A stretch of DNA of 64,000 nt, taken from positions 64,001 to 128,000 of the forward strand of contig JBBSXO010000001.1 in assembly GCA_038045705.1 (NCBI GenBank). The letters are read 5' to 3'. Positions within the stretch are counted from its first letter, which is position 1; each line of letters starts with the position of its first letter. Under the pieces are notes generated by a model. It had not been told where the DNA came from and did no database searches. It saw nothing but the letters and a program-made list of their open reading frames with translations. Made by a program: the position numbers and the translations under genes. The DNA is from Nanobdellota archaeon. Lineage in GTDB: Archaea; Nanobdellota; Nanobdellia; Pacearchaeales; GW2011-AR1. Shown here one piece after another: positions 1 through 11,287 of this stretch.

Positions 1-465
1 ATTATCTTTTTCAACTGTCTGAAAAATTCTACCCCTACAAAACGGATAACCATATTTATCAATAAAACCTCCAGCAGCTCCAGCATTCTCAAAATATTCT
101 TTTTTATAGTAAGACTTAATTTTTGATTGAACAGCTATACAGTTTTTATGTCTTTTAATTGTTTTTAATAATTCAAATTTCCAGCCCTTTCCTACAATTG
201 TATCATTGTTTAGAAAGATGGCATATTTTGAAGTTGATTTTTTAATTAAATAATTACAAGACTCTGCAAAACCTAATCTTTCTTTTGATTCATATATCTC
301 AACATTTGGCCAGTTCTTTTTAACTAATTTGACAGAATTGTCTGTTGTCTGATTAAATAATATTTTTATTTTTGCTTTTTTGTCATCTTTAAAAATAGAT
401 TTCAAGCAATTAGCTATTACTTCTTCTCCATTAAGGTGGATAATTAAAATATCAATAGAATCCAT
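1..465 (-). CDS. GT2 family glycosyltransferase (runs off window start)
   Basis: Not in ORF track. Manual translation from ATG at 465: MDSIDILIIHLNGEEVIANCLKSI...LGFAESCN...KYAIFLNNDTIV, typical GT2 N-terminus; TAATG overlap with upstream gene. Confidence 0.85.
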   Translation of the reverse strand, partial: MDSIDILIIHLNGEEVIANCLKSIFKDDKKAKIKILFNQTTDNSVKLVKKNWPNVEIYESKERLGFAESCNYLIKKSTSKYAIFLNNDTIVGKGWKFELLKTIKRHKNCIAVQSKIKSYYKKEYFENAGAAGGFIDKYGYPFCRGRIFQTVEKDN

Positions 466-1259
466 TATTCTATCAAAGAATGATTTAGTTTTAATATTCT
501 TGGTAGTTTATCATAAACTCTTACAATAAATCCAAATGGGGAGTAAATAAGTCTTAATCTTAAAGTTCCGGAAAACATCTTTATTGAAGCTCTTATTGTA
601 TCAACTGTTGTATTTCCATCATCAGCCCATGCAGTTGGAAATTCTAGTATTCTAAGACCATTTAGTTTACAAAGATATAATATATTTATATCAAATGCCC
701 ACTGAGTTATGAATATTTTATTTACTATTTTTTTCAACTCATTAACCTTAAACAGCTTTGCCCCACACTGGGTGTCGTTGTATTTCATAAAAAACATTAT
801 TCTTACCATAAAATTATATATTCTGCTAGCAAATCTTCTAATGATGTTTTGTTTTTTATCTATCTTAGATTCAATGGACCATCTATTCCCAATTATGCCA
901 GAGTAACCGTCAATATTGTTTACTAAATCATAAAATGCATCTGGTGAAGTCGCTAAATCTGAATCTACAAAACCAGCCATATCAAATTTTTTTGATATGA
1001 AATACTTGAATCCTTCAGTAACTGCATAACCCTTACCACCTTTCTTAAGGCTAATATAAGCTACATTATTTGGTTTTTTAATAAAATTTTTAACAATTTC
1101 TTCGGTTTTATCTTTTGTGTTATTTATTACGACTAATATTGAATATTGGTTCTTTTCTACCTTGCTTTTTTTCAAGAAATAAGGAGAATATTCTTCAAGT
1201 TTTCTTTGGATTCTCTTCTCTTCATTATAAGCTGGGATAACTATTCCTATCTTCTTCAT
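465..1259 (-). CDS. GT2 glycosyltransferase, dolichyl-phosphate hexose synthase (Alg5/DPM-like)
   Basis: IVIPAYNEE, GKGYAV, FVDSD, DTQCGAKLF, WAFD motifs. Confidence 0.85.
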   Translation of the reverse strand: MKKIGIVIPAYNEEKRIQRKLEEYSPYFLKKSKVEKNQYSILVVINNTKDKTEEIVKNFIKKPNNVAYISLKKGGKGYAVTEGFKYFISKKFDMAGFVDSDLATSPDAFYDLVNNIDGYSGIIGNRWSIESKIDKKQNIIRRFASRIYNFMVRIMFFMKYNDTQCGAKLFKVNELKKIVNKIFITQWAFDINILYLCKLNGLRILEFPTAWADDGNTTVDTIRASIKMFSGTLRLRLIYSPFGFIVRVYDKLPRILKLNHSLIE

Positions 1260-2467
1260 TTTCTAAGTAAGGCTAAAGAGCCTATAAAAAAGATTACATT
1301 TGAGATAAAAAATCCAAAAGAGTAATATATCAAGTTACCAGACAATAAATATAAGATTATTATTTCCACAAAAAGACCAATAGATAACCATTGATAACCA
1401 TTTGTCATACCCCTCGATAGTTTATAATACAGTATCGTACTTGATAATGATAACATCATAGTGCCTAATGACAATAATTTTGTAGGTATATTTGCTTCAG
1501 GGATATATCTTCCAGACAGTAAATAAATTATTAGATCAGTGAAAAAGGTTATTATTAAAATAGCTACAAAACATATTGAAATAACTATTCCAATAGCTAG
1601 TTTAAAATTACGATTTGAGGATTTATTTTGATTAAATTCAACTACTGAAATCGGAAAGAGTACTTTGTTTATAGGTTGAACTGCTATGAATATTATAAGA
1701 GCTATTGTTGAAGCTATAGCATAGATTCCTGCCTCGAAGTCTCCAAAGATATTTCCTGCAATTAAAACATCTACATTAATAAATAAAATTAGCATAGAAG
1801 TAATTAAAAAAACTGGTTTACTATAAGATCTTATGCCATCTAGTTGTGCAGTTTCTATTTTACTTGATAGAACATCTTTAAGATAAAATAATGAAAGCAC
1901 AAAAGAAAGTATGATACTTATAACGACACCCCATACAGCTCCTAGAACTCCTAAGCCAAAATAAACCAACAAAAATGATGCTCCTATCTTTAAGATAGCC
2001 TCTCCAAGCATAGAAAAACCTAGTGCAAAAAATCTCTGTTGTCCTTGTAAAATTCCCCTGGCAATCGGTACAAACATAGAAAATAGGATAAATATGGAAG
2101 TAGCAAATAAAAGTGAATATGCTATATTAAATACTGGAGAAATTATTAAAGAGATTAATAAAAAAACTATCAAAACTATAATTGAAGGAAATATAATTTC
2201 TCTGTTACTTCTTAAAAAAATGTTTTTAAGCTTTCCATCATTTTTACGAAAATTAGATGAATATTTTACAACTACTGTCTGAACAGATTCCATAAATATT
2301 GCACCTATATATAAAAAAGCAAAAACTCTTTTTAACATTCCAAAATCTTCTACAGGCATAATTCTAACCATTAGTAAATGATATACAAAATTCAAAACAT
2401 TAAATATTCCTACGAGAGACAATAAAACTAAACTCCCTCTAACAAGTTTACTTTTAAAATCGATCAT
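1256..2467 (-). CDS. oligosaccharide flippase (Wzx/MATE-like)
   Basis: Many TM segments, RGILQGQQRF and AGIYAIA motifs, lies between GTs and aglB. Confidence 0.8.
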   Translation of the reverse strand: MIDFKSKLVRGSLVLLSLVGIFNVLNFVYHLLMVRIMPVEDFGMLKRVFAFLYIGAIFMESVQTVVVKYSSNFRKNDGKLKNIFLRSNREIIFPSIIVLIVFLLISLIISPVFNIAYSLLFATSIFILFSMFVPIARGILQGQQRFFALGFSMLGEAILKIGASFLLVYFGLGVLGAVWGVVISIILSFVLSLFYLKDVLSSKIETAQLDGIRSYSKPVFLITSMLILFINVDVLIAGNIFGDFEAGIYAIASTIALIIFIAVQPINKVLFPISVVEFNQNKSSNRNFKLAIGIVISICFVAILIITFFTDLIIYLLSGRYIPEANIPTKLLSLGTMMLSLSSTILYYKLSRGMTNGYQWLSIGLFVEIIILYLLSGNLIYYSFGFFISNVIFFIGSLALLRK

Positions 2468-5166
2468 GCTAATCTTATTGAGTCTGGGTAATCTGTCTCA
2501 AGATAAGATTGATTGAATTGAATATTTGAAGGATAATTAACTTTCCATATTTTTATAGGTCCTCTAAACTCATTGAAATAAACAAAGTCTCCAACATTTA
2601 TCCCTTGGTTCTTCAGTATTTCCACTATAAAATCAGGCTCAGAATGAACTAACTCAAGGTTGCTATCTTGATGACCATACAAATAATATCTAGCAAGATT
2701 AGTTTTTGAAACTCTAGGACTCAAATAAAGAAGAGCACCTCTTGCTTCAACATCTCCCCCACCAAGAGAATTCTGAACAACTCTTGGATAAATTACAACT
2801 CCTGCTTCAATGCCTTTTTCTGTATCAACGAAACCATTTTCTAGACTCCAGTAGTATCTAATTGGTATCTGATATGTTTTATCTTGGAAGAAATATATTC
2901 CATATACCTCAGAAATATTATTATTTTTATTTACTGAAAGAACTGTGGCTGCAATATAAGCTTTTCCCTCAGGAAGAAATACTTCATTTCCATCTAGCAA
3001 GTATTTTATATCTTCATCTATTGTCGAACCTCCAGGATATACAAAAACAGTGTTATTTTTGCGTTCAGTAGTTTGTGAATTGTCTAACAATAGAGTAGGT
3101 ATCCAGCTTCTTCTATCATAAGTTGCATTAGATCCTATTGTCGAAAATGCAGAGTATTTCCCAATATCTGTAGAGTCAATTAAAAAATGAGTTATATTAT
3201 GAGCATACAAAAATTCAAGAGTATTATCTAAATTACTTTCCGTCAGAGCATATCTTCCCATTAAATGATTCCAATAAGGTATGCTGTTTCCACCATCTAG
3301 CGCTGTAGCTCTTTCTCCCATAGACTGCACCCAATAACCATAATCCCACCAGTGTCCAAATACAGCATTCGTGGGTGTTTGAGATCTAACCCACTCCATA
3401 GATTTTTGCCATTGTTGAGTATAAGGTGAAGGGGCATAACTACTTGCAAGACTTTTGCTAGAAGCATATAATTGATATATTGAAAATAATAATACTATTA
3501 TTAAAATAGATCCTAAAAATACAGTAAGTAGCTTCTCCTTATTTTTAACCTTCTTAACAATTGTGTGTATGCTCATAGCGGCGATATATCCTATAGCAAT
3601 AGATGCTGGGGGCACCAATATCATTACTAGTCTTATGAATCCTCTAGCAGAAATAAGAGCTATGAATAAAAATGAAATAAATATCAAAAGCTCAAATCTA
3701 ATTGATTTGAATTTATCCATTTCTCCTTTTTTATCCGCTACATAATAATGCCTAATAAATGCTCCAATGAATGTTAATATTCCCGCTCCATAAAATATCA
3801 AACTAATAGTATTTTGACCGTTGAAAATTGAAGATGGTGAATATCTACTATATATTATTGCAACAAGCATAAATGCAAAGAAAAGCGTGAATCTTATTCT
3901 TTCATTTCTTGAAAATTTATAGATCATATTCCAGAACATTAAAACAGCTCCAATCAAAAATATCCAGAATGAAATGAATATGCTTCCAACTTGAGGACCA
4001 AAATTGCCTATCCATTCAGTTAAATAAGGCTGTCTATTTTCAGCCACTGTTTGAATTAATCTAGATGTTGCAGGTTTAACAAAATTAGAATATATTTCGT
4101 CAAATCTGTTTATTATAAATCCTGGACCAAGTAAAATGGATGCTATTAAAACAAGTCCAAATCCAAATAATACCATTGCCAATAATCTAGAAGGCACTTT
4201 AGACAATGTTTTGTTTCTAGTTATTTTGCTTTCTATTTTATGATAAAAGAAGTGATAAAGACAAACCCCTAATAAAAGCGCTAATGCAGCACCTCTATCA
4301 AATGAAGTAAATGTTGTAAAGAAACCATATCTGTTAGAGAAAGGTATCATTAAAACTAAAGCAGACAATAACCACAAACTATAACTAATTATTTGTTTCT
4401 TTTCAAAATTACCTACAAGGAAACTGATGAAAGCTGCAGGAACAATAATGAAAAATATGTAAGAATAAGCTCCCCAAATGAGTGCCATTAAACCAGTAGA
4501 TATACCTGCAAGAGTACCGAATATAATTCTTCCTTTATTGCTTGAATTATTCCATGATTGCATAAGGAAGTAAATTGCCAAGAACATAAACAAGAAAGCT
4601 GACGATTCTTTTTCAGGAATTCCTGCTATCGTTCTAGGTATAAACACAGGGAATAAACTGAAAAGCAATGTTGAAACTATTGCACCGATGCTTGAATATC
4701 TTTCATCAAAATAAGTGCTTATTATTTTTTTAGATAATAAGAAAAAAGCAATTGCAGTCAATGCAAACATTACAACTGGAAATATAGATGCAGACTGATC
4801 TACGGAAGAACTGCCTAAAATGCTTGCAATTTTATGGAACCAAGCTATAGAGTAATAATGCAATGAAAAGTCTCCAGTTTCTAAGCCTAAGGGTACATAA
4901 CGCATATAGTCTATAGTAGCTAAACTTCCAGTCTCAACTATTTCTTTAGCATATCTGAGGAATAAGAATGGGTCTAAGTCTGGCCCTAAAGTCCAACCAC
5001 CTGTTGTAATATCTCTTAACCCGGCAAGATTTCTTGTTCTTAACCAAACCGCAATGTAAACAACAAGTGCTAAAGCAATATAAATAAACCAGTTAGCATT
5101 TTTCTTAACAAAATGTATTACTTTTTTTCTTCTTTCATCTAGGATAGGACTATTCACATCATCCAT
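2464..5166 (-). CDS. aglB: STT3-family oligosaccharyltransferase AglB
   Basis: DLDP, EKE, TVAE and WWDYGYW motifs; multi-TM N-half and soluble C-half. Confidence 0.95.
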   Translation of the reverse strand: MDDVNSPILDERRKKVIHFVKKNANWFIYIALALVVYIAVWLRTRNLAGLRDITTGGWTLGPDLDPFLFLRYAKEIVETGSLATIDYMRYVPLGLETGDFSLHYYSIAWFHKIASILGSSSVDQSASIFPVVMFALTAIAFFLLSKKIISTYFDERYSSIGAIVSTLLFSLFPVFIPRTIAGIPEKESSAFLFMFLAIYFLMQSWNNSSNKGRIIFGTLAGISTGLMALIWGAYSYIFFIIVPAAFISFLVGNFEKKQIISYSLWLLSALVLMIPFSNRYGFFTTFTSFDRGAALALLLGVCLYHFFYHKIESKITRNKTLSKVPSRLLAMVLFGFGLVLIASILLGPGFIINRFDEIYSNFVKPATSRLIQTVAENRQPYLTEWIGNFGPQVGSIFISFWIFLIGAVLMFWNMIYKFSRNERIRFTLFFAFMLVAIIYSRYSPSSIFNGQNTISLIFYGAGILTFIGAFIRHYYVADKKGEMDKFKSIRFELLIFISFLFIALISARGFIRLVMILVPPASIAIGYIAAMSIHTIVKKVKNKEKLLTVFLGSILIIVLLFSIYQLYASSKSLASSYAPSPYTQQWQKSMEWVRSQTPTNAVFGHWWDYGYWVQSMGERATALDGGNSIPYWNHLMGRYALTESNLDNTLEFLYAHNITHFLIDSTDIGKYSAFSTIGSNATYDRRSWIPTLLLDNSQTTERKNNTVFVYPGGSTIDEDIKYLLDGNEVFLPEGKAYIAATVLSVNKNNNISEVYGIYFFQDKTYQIPIRYYWSLENGFVDTEKGIEAGVVIYPRVVQNSLGGGDVEARGALLYLSPRVSKTNLARYYLYGHQDSNLELVHSEPDFIVEILKNQGINVGDFVYFNEFRGPIKIWKVNYPSNIQFNQSYLETDYPDSIRLA

Positions 5167-5204
5167 TATTTAATTGACGAAATATCTTATTTAAAGCTTC
5201 TTAA

Positions 5205-6068
5205 CTAAGCAAAAAACAACGGAGTAATAAACACTTCAATCAATGCAGAAACAAACAACAAGATTATAGCTAATATAATCAAATTAAGGGAATCTTGTAA
5301 AACTTTCCAGAACCTCTCTGTTCCTATTTCTCTCCTAATAACTGCAAAAGATATCATTCCACCTGCAAGAGCAGCTATAAAATAAGACCCTATTTCAGGT
5401 AACCCATGTACAAAATAACGTAGCATTGCAGTAGGCAAATAATTTAAGTCAGATCTAGTAAATATGGCAATGGCTGCTGCAATTACACTAGCATTCCATG
5501 CAAGAATAAAAACAACTCCTGCACCAAACAACAATGAGAAAATAAGAGTAAATATCAAAACATAAGTATTGTTGGCAAAAATCAAAAACATTCTTTCCTT
5601 GTTTGTTGCAAAAGCTGTAGGGCTTGTTTGAGCTGACCTATAAAGTATAGTTTCAGCACAATCTTCAACACCAGGTCTATTTATGTTGCAAAAGGTATCA
5701 AGTTGTTGTTCAAGCGTAGTTGTTGTAGGCAAAAGTATGTACCAAAATGAATATCCTATAACAAATCCCACAAAAAGCCACATAAATGCCCACAATGCTT
5801 TTCTATGATCTTTAATCAGTTGAAAAGCTCCGGTTCCATCTTGTGATGATTTTGTCTCTTCAATTCTAAACATGTAGAACATGAAAGGAATAGAAAACAT
5901 AACTGTAAAAGTGACTACTAATATCCCACCAGCACGACTTAAAACTGGATCATTCTTAAATATCCACTCAACAAGCAGTATTGAAATACTAGCATAAAAA
6001 ACTCCTACAAAAAACATTTCCCATGGCTTACGTTCAGCCTTAGCAGGATTAATCAACATCTCAAACAT
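5205..6068 (-). CDS. SpoIIM (DUF95) family membrane protein
   Basis: IFANN, WNASVI, HGLPEI and ALIEVFITP motifs. Confidence 0.8.
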   Translation of the reverse strand: MFEMLINPAKAERKPWEMFFVGVFYASISILLVEWIFKNDPVLSRAGGILVVTFTVMFSIPFMFYMFRIEETKSSQDGTGAFQLIKDHRKALWAFMWLFVGFVIGYSFWYILLPTTTTLEQQLDTFCNINRPGVEDCAETILYRSAQTSPTAFATNKERMFLIFANNTYVLIFTLIFSLLFGAGVVFILAWNASVIAAAIAIFTRSDLNYLPTAMLRYFVHGLPEIGSYFIAALAGGMISFAVIRREIGTERFWKVLQDSLNLIILAIILLFVSALIEVFITPLFFA

Positions 6069-6127
6069 AATTCATCACAAAACAAAAAAATCACTCACCT
6101 TTTTATATATGTTGTCTCTATAACCTC

Positions 6128-6925
6128 ATGGATAAGTTCTCGCAAATTTGTCAGGATATAAAATCAATAAAAATTCAAGGTGCTACGAACGTTGCAAAAG
6201 CAGCAGTCAAAGCTTATTGTATTCGCCCTAAAAAAAGCTCAATAAAAATTTTAACAAAATTGAGACCTACAGAGCCAATGTTAGTTAACGCCCTAAATAT
6301 AGCTAGAAAATCCTCAGCGGAGAATGTTCTAAACCATTTTGATAATACTCAAGAATTTATTAATCATTACATTCAAAAAATAATAAATCAAAACTCTGTT
6401 ATATTTACCCATTGTCATTCCAGTACATTGGTGCAAGCTCTGATTTCTGCGCATAAAAATCACAAAAAATTTTCAGTAATAAATACAGAAACTAGACCAT
6501 TATATCAAGGCTATCTAACTTCAAAACAGCTTTCAAAGGCTGGAATAAAAGTTACTATGTCTATAGATTCAGCAATTCTTCAAGACATAAAGGAATCTGA
6601 TATTATTATGTTAGGGGCAGATGCAGTTACAAAAAAAGGAGTTTTGAACAAAATAGGTAGTGGGTTAATAGCAAAAATAGCTTTAGACTTAAAGAAACCT
6701 CTTTACATAATTATAGATTCATGGAAATTTTCTGCGAAAAAAGTCATTATAGAAAAAAGATCTTGGAAAGAAATTTGGTCAAAGGCTCCTAAGCAAATCA
6801 ATATAGAAAATCCAGCCTTTGAACTAATTCCAAATAAACAAATAGCTTATGTAGTTTCTGAGTTAGGCATATTAACGCATAAAGAATTTCTTAAAGAAGC
6901 TAAAAAGTCTCTGAAGAATTATTGA
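6128..6925 (+). CDS. ribose-1,5-bisphosphate isomerase (eIF-2B family)
   Basis: IQGATNVA, RPTEP, THCHSS, ETRPLYQG, GADA, NKIGS, NPAFE motifs. Confidence 0.85.
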   Translation: MDKFSQICQDIKSIKIQGATNVAKAAVKAYCIRPKKSSIKILTKLRPTEPMLVNALNIARKSSAENVLNHFDNTQEFINHYIQKIINQNSVIFTHCHSSTLVQALISAHKNHKKFSVINTETRPLYQGYLTSKQLSKAGIKVTMSIDSAILQDIKESDIIMLGADAVTKKGVLNKIGSGLIAKIALDLKKPLYIIIDSWKFSAKKVIIEKRSWKEIWSKAPKQINIENPAFELIPNKQIAYVVSELGILTHKEFLKEAKKSLKNY

Positions 6926-7294
6926 CTAAATGATTAAGCTCTTTAATTCTTTAGTTATATTATCAATTTCAGATGCTATTTGAATCTTGAAAGACTCAAG
7001 TCTCTGTTTTTGTTCAAGAATAACTTCCTTTGTTTCATTAATTTCTTTTTTAATAAAGTATCCAGAGCCAACTTCAACAAGTAACTTTTTATTACTATCA
7101 ATTTTTACAGGCGCAAATACAGATTTGCCTATTGGTGCAAGTATCTCTTGCCCATTATTCTCTTTAATGATTTCGAGTTCTTCATTAAATAAACCAAGCT
7201 CTAAAATTTGCTGATCAACAATTTTCAACTGTTCAACAAACATTTCGTATCTTGCATTTAAACCATTCAAAACTTCTATATTTTCATTGTACAT
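6926..7294 (-). CDS. pfdA: prefoldin subunit alpha
   Basis: Coiled coils flanking ILAPIG...LLVEVGSGYFI hairpins. Confidence 0.85.
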   Translation of the reverse strand: MYNENIEVLNGLNARYEMFVEQLKIVDQQILELGLFNEELEIIKENNGQEILAPIGKSVFAPVKIDSNKKLLVEVGSGYFIKKEINETKEVILEQKQRLESFKIQIASEIDNITKELKSLII

Positions 7295-7329
7295 GTTATC
7301 AAATCTAAGAATATGTTATAAAAACCTTT

Positions 7330-9156
7330 CTAAATACCTCGAGGGTTGCTCATATTACCAGGTATACTAGTTCCATTACCTGGAATTGAGCTATTTCCTG
7401 GAAAAGGCAATGTAATTACTGGGCATGAAGATTTGAGTATAACTCCACGCCCTGAATTATCTTCAACAAGATAGCCTCTAAGTTTATGCCCCCACCATGT
7501 TCCTGCTTTAGGGGAGTAATCAAAATATTGAACTGGTATTGGATAATCTACATCACACCATCCATCTGGCTGAGAATCAACACAAGTTGGGCTGTATTCA
7601 TTCCACCAGTTATTTTGCCACAAAGTAGATTGTGGAGGAAAAGCTATAAAAGATTGAGGGTGCTGAGTATTATTTTCAAAATCATTATTCCATGCCTCTA
7701 TCTCATTAGTCTGCCCTGTTTGTTTAATGCCCAGAAGATTTGAGCCAATATAATTTGATCTTACCACAAGATAGTCTCCCATATTAGGTATTGTATTGCT
7801 CATAACATTATGGAAGAAAATTCCCTCCAAAGTATTACCTTCTATAATATTTTTATCTCTTATATATACAGTAGGATAAGAAAGCTCTTCTACTTTTATC
7901 CCTTCTAAACTGTTAGAAAGAATATCATTGCAATCAATTTCAAAATCACTCCATCCAGGTACGCCATAGTGAGTTGGATAACCAGAAATATAAATCCCTC
8001 GTTCTAAATTATAGTTAATCTTATTTTGTAGAATAAAAGAGGATAGTGCAACATTGCTGTACTGACCAAGATGGAGAGATATAGGAATTGAAGAAAACAA
8101 GATACCATTCCTATTGTTGTTTATGATATTCTTAAAAATGTTATTTATGGATACCAAATTATAGTTTAATTCTCCTGCACCCAAAGGTAAAATTACTGAG
8201 ATCCCATCAAGATTATTGAAGGTTATAGTATTATCAATAGCATAATCAAAATTTGCATTCCTTCCAGAAAAGAATGAAGCGTTAATAATCTCATTACTGT
8301 AATTTGCTAGGAGAGATATTCCTGAACCGTTATTTGAACTTATAAGATTTCTAGCAACTAGAGAGACACCTCGAATGTTAGGATTTGGATTGTAATTATA
8401 AGAGCTAAATCCTGTATTGATTATGCCGTCACCTTGATTATGTTGAATAATGTTGTCTGTAATAGAAAGGATAGAACTTATGTTTATCTGATTATTAGGA
8501 GAAGGAACTCTAAAATAATAATTGAAAGCATCCAAATGAATACCATTTTTCTGATTACTCTCAATATTGTTACTATTCAAAATAATAGATTCAGGAAATA
8601 AAAGAACAGGGATGCTATTATTAGCATCAGGAATATGGCGCGAAGTCAGTGTAACTCCATTAAGACGATTAAAATCAAAATTACTATCCTCAACAAGAAT
8701 ATTTTTTGTGTTTCCATCAAGTCTTAAACCATCATTACCATTGTTTGTAGAAAAAATGTTAATTAAGGTTATATTTGAAGCTAATCTATTTTGTTGACCA
8801 GTAATATAAGCTCCATGTCCTGCAAAGTTACTAAATGAACACCCGTTTACCACAATATTATTTTTCCCAATTATTGTAAGCCCATCTTTGGTTCTCGAAG
8901 AGGTTCCGTTAAAAAGAGTACCAACTTGACAGCTAACTTGTATATTATTCGCACCAATACCTATTCCATAATTATACACTCTAGGACAAATAGTTCCAGA
9001 TTGCATAATTAATTGAGGATATATTGGGGGAGTAATACAAGTAGGTTTTACTTGCGGAGCAAGTGAAATATCAAAAATATTCAATTCATAAATTGTAAAA
9101 ACCACTAAAAGAGATATAACAACAAAAGCAATCAACATCGACCTACCCTTATTCAT
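7330..9156 (-). CDS. secreted or membrane-anchored right-handed parallel beta-helix (NosD/CASH-like) protein, paralog 1
   Basis: N-terminal TM, repeated N-x-I-x-x-N-x-x-x-GI units, C-terminal NWW...CVDSQPDGWCD. Confidence 0.75.
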   Translation of the reverse strand: MNKGRSMLIAFVVISLLVVFTIYELNIFDISLAPQVKPTCITPPIYPQLIMQSGTICPRVYNYGIGIGANNIQVSCQVGTLFNGTSSRTKDGLTIIGKNNIVVNGCSFSNFAGHGAYITGQQNRLASNITLINIFSTNNGNDGLRLDGNTKNILVEDSNFDFNRLNGVTLTSRHIPDANNSIPVLLFPESIILNSNNIESNQKNGIHLDAFNYYFRVPSPNNQINISSILSITDNIIQHNQGDGIINTGFSSYNYNPNPNIRGVSLVARNLISSNNGSGISLLANYSNEIINASFFSGRNANFDYAIDNTITFNNLDGISVILPLGAGELNYNLVSINNIFKNIINNNRNGILFSSIPISLHLGQYSNVALSSFILQNKINYNLERGIYISGYPTHYGVPGWSDFEIDCNDILSNSLEGIKVEELSYPTVYIRDKNIIEGNTLEGIFFHNVMSNTIPNMGDYLVVRSNYIGSNLLGIKQTGQTNEIEAWNNDFENNTQHPQSFIAFPPQSTLWQNNWWNEYSPTCVDSQPDGWCDVDYPIPVQYFDYSPKAGTWWGHKLRGYLVEDNSGRGVILKSSCPVITLPFPGNSSIPGNGTSIPGNMSNPRGI

Positions 9157-9202
9157 ATAACTTTTATATCAAAAACGTTATTTATATACTTTCTTGTAAA
9201 AT

Positions 9203-9736
9203 CTAATGAACTTTCAATATCTTTCTGAAGATTATTGAGAATATAATAAAGAACACAATATACCCCCAAAGTCCAGACATGAATCCTAATATTTTCGCTG
9301 GATTTTCTTTAAAGTAATCTCCAAACCATCTAATAAGTAGGATGAAGGGTATTGCAGTATAAACAACTGGTCTCATTGTTATTGGAAATGTTTTGAAAGC
9401 AAGTTCCATAGATTTCTTTGATAGTTCCATAGTTTTCTCAGGATTACTTTTGTAAAGCTTCATTTCTTCATTCACAAGCTTTTGTTCTTCCTTTATTTGT
9501 TTTAACAAGTCCTGGTCCGTAACATGTTTATGCAATAAAGTAGTTATCAAATTAAGGATAGCAGTAATTATCAACAATCCAATAGTAACATCCCAGTTTA
9601 GCAATGCTCCTAAAGAAGGATCAAACGCAATATGGACAACCTCACCTATTATTGGAACTTTATCCCATAAAGTAGCAACTGCTAATGAAACAATCATCAC
9701 CAAAAATATCATTCCCATTCCTTTCATTTTAATCAA
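9203..9736 (-). CDS. DUF106 / EMC3-TMCO1 (Oxa1 superfamily) membrane insertase
   Basis: TM, coiled coil, then TM layout; MRP..YT.IP; directly downstream of secY. Confidence 0.8.
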   Translation of the reverse strand: MIKMKGMGMIFLVMIVSLAVATLWDKVPIIGEVVHIAFDPSLGALLNWDVTIGLLIITAILNLITTLLHKHVTDQDLLKQIKEEQKLVNEEMKLYKSNPEKTMELSKKSMELAFKTFPITMRPVVYTAIPFILLIRWFGDYFKENPAKILGFMSGLWGYIVFFIIFSIIFRKILKVH

Positions 9737-9814
9737 TAAATAGAATAAAGAATGTTTTTAAATTGAACTGTTTCATGAATAAAACATAAATTATTTCAAA
9801 CCCAAGATGATGAG

Positions 9815-11200
9815 TTAACCCATCATCTTTCTAAGAGCTGGATGCATATCAAGAGAATGTTGTTGTCCAATATTTTGGTATAGCTGATATAATATCATAA
9901 CTGCTAGTAATATAGAAACTCCAGAAGTTAGGGCTCCAAGTAAGTCTGCAAAAGCTGCTAAAAGCCCAATAGCAAAACCACCCATCACAGTTAGTGGGAA
10001 TATATATCGACCCAATATACTTTCTATTATTCTAGGATCCTTTCTGAAACCCGCAACTTGTAATCCTGAAGATGCGATGTTTTTTGCTTGACCAGCAGGA
10101 TCCATACCTGTTGTTTTTACCCAGAATATAGAAAATATGACAGAAAATATTACATAAAATAGTATGTGGAAAATAGCCTGGAATATCTGAGAGGTAAGTA
10201 AACTCCCAGTTAATAAAGATTGTAACAAGTTAGGAGCTCCAATCCAGAAAGCAAGTCCCGAAATTGGTTGTCCATTTTGGAATCCTCCTAAAAATGTAGG
10301 TCTTCCAAGCCAACTTTCAAACAAACTTCCAAATAATTGTAAGTTTGCGGAAAGTGCGGCAACTAATATAACTGGCAAGGTAGAAGCATAAAAGAATTGT
10401 AATGGCCACTTAACTCCGTAACCCCTCAATCTATCATAGCTTAAAGGAATTTCAACTTTCAAGCTTTGCGCCCAAACAACACCCAAGAAAACCAATGCAG
10501 TCACAGCGATAACAGCAGCGGCAAGCAAAGCGCCTGTGGCATCACCATTAATTATAGATTGAATAATAACTAAAACTCTACCAGAACAAGGAGTATTTCC
10601 AAAGTCAACTAAACAGTTGGAACCGTCAGACCCAATGAACTGGAATAATCCTATGAATAACTGCAATGCAACTCCTGCAACTATGAAAAGAGAGACTCCT
10701 GAGCCAAAACCCCATTTCGCAACAACTTCATCCATAAACATTATCGCAAGACCACCAAGAATTAACTGGAATATTACTATTGATTCAAATCCTGGATTTG
10801 CTTCAAGACCCTTCATCAATACAAATATACATGCCTCAAAAACTATAAAAAATAGAGTTCCAAGTTTTTGTATTCCTTGGAACATTTTTTTACCTTCTTC
10901 TGTTTTAGTATTTAAGCTCAATATTCCAGATCCAACAAGTAACTGCAAAATAATGGATGAAGTTACGATAGGTCCAATACCCAAGCTTATTATTGCACCA
11001 AAATCAGTTCCAAGTATTGTTGATAAAAAGTCAAATCTTTCAAGAGCGTTTCTACTAAGTCCATATAATTTGATATTGTACATTACGAAAAAGAATCCAA
11101 GAATAGTTAACGTCCATTTTAATTTCTCATTAAAGGATATTTTTTTCTCGACAGGTTTTTTTACTTCAGGAAGAAACTGAATAATCTCTTTAAGCACCAT
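9815..11200 (-). CDS. secY: preprotein translocase SecY
   Basis: LGIGPIVTSSIILQLL, KWGFGSGVSLFI, GFRKDPR motifs; start 11200 chosen from TATA spacing (ORF extends to 11212). Confidence 0.97.
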   Translation of the reverse strand: MVLKEIIQFLPEVKKPVEKKISFNEKLKWTLTILGFFFVMYNIKLYGLSRNALERFDFLSTILGTDFGAIISLGIGPIVTSSIILQLLVGSGILSLNTKTEEGKKMFQGIQKLGTLFFIVFEACIFVLMKGLEANPGFESIVIFQLILGGLAIMFMDEVVAKWGFGSGVSLFIVAGVALQLFIGLFQFIGSDGSNCLVDFGNTPCSGRVLVIIQSIINGDATGALLAAAVIAVTALVFLGVVWAQSLKVEIPLSYDRLRGYGVKWPLQFFYASTLPVILVAALSANLQLFGSLFESWLGRPTFLGGFQNGQPISGLAFWIGAPNLLQSLLTGSLLTSQIFQAIFHILFYVIFSVIFSIFWVKTTGMDPAGQAKNIASSGLQVAGFRKDPRIIESILGRYIFPLTVMGGFAIGLLAAFADLLGALTSGVSILLAVMILYQLYQNIGQQHSLDMHPALRKMMG

Positions 11201-11287
11201 TCCATATATCATAAATACAGGTTTTTAAATGTTAAAGTTTCTAGAAAATTTAGTAAACTAGCTTTTAATAACTATAAACTATATATA

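Noticed and set aside
10617-11180. 187-aa ORF antisense to secY and the many similar shadow ORFs in the track
   Set aside because: They lie antisense to or out of frame within well-supported genes and show no recognisable motifs
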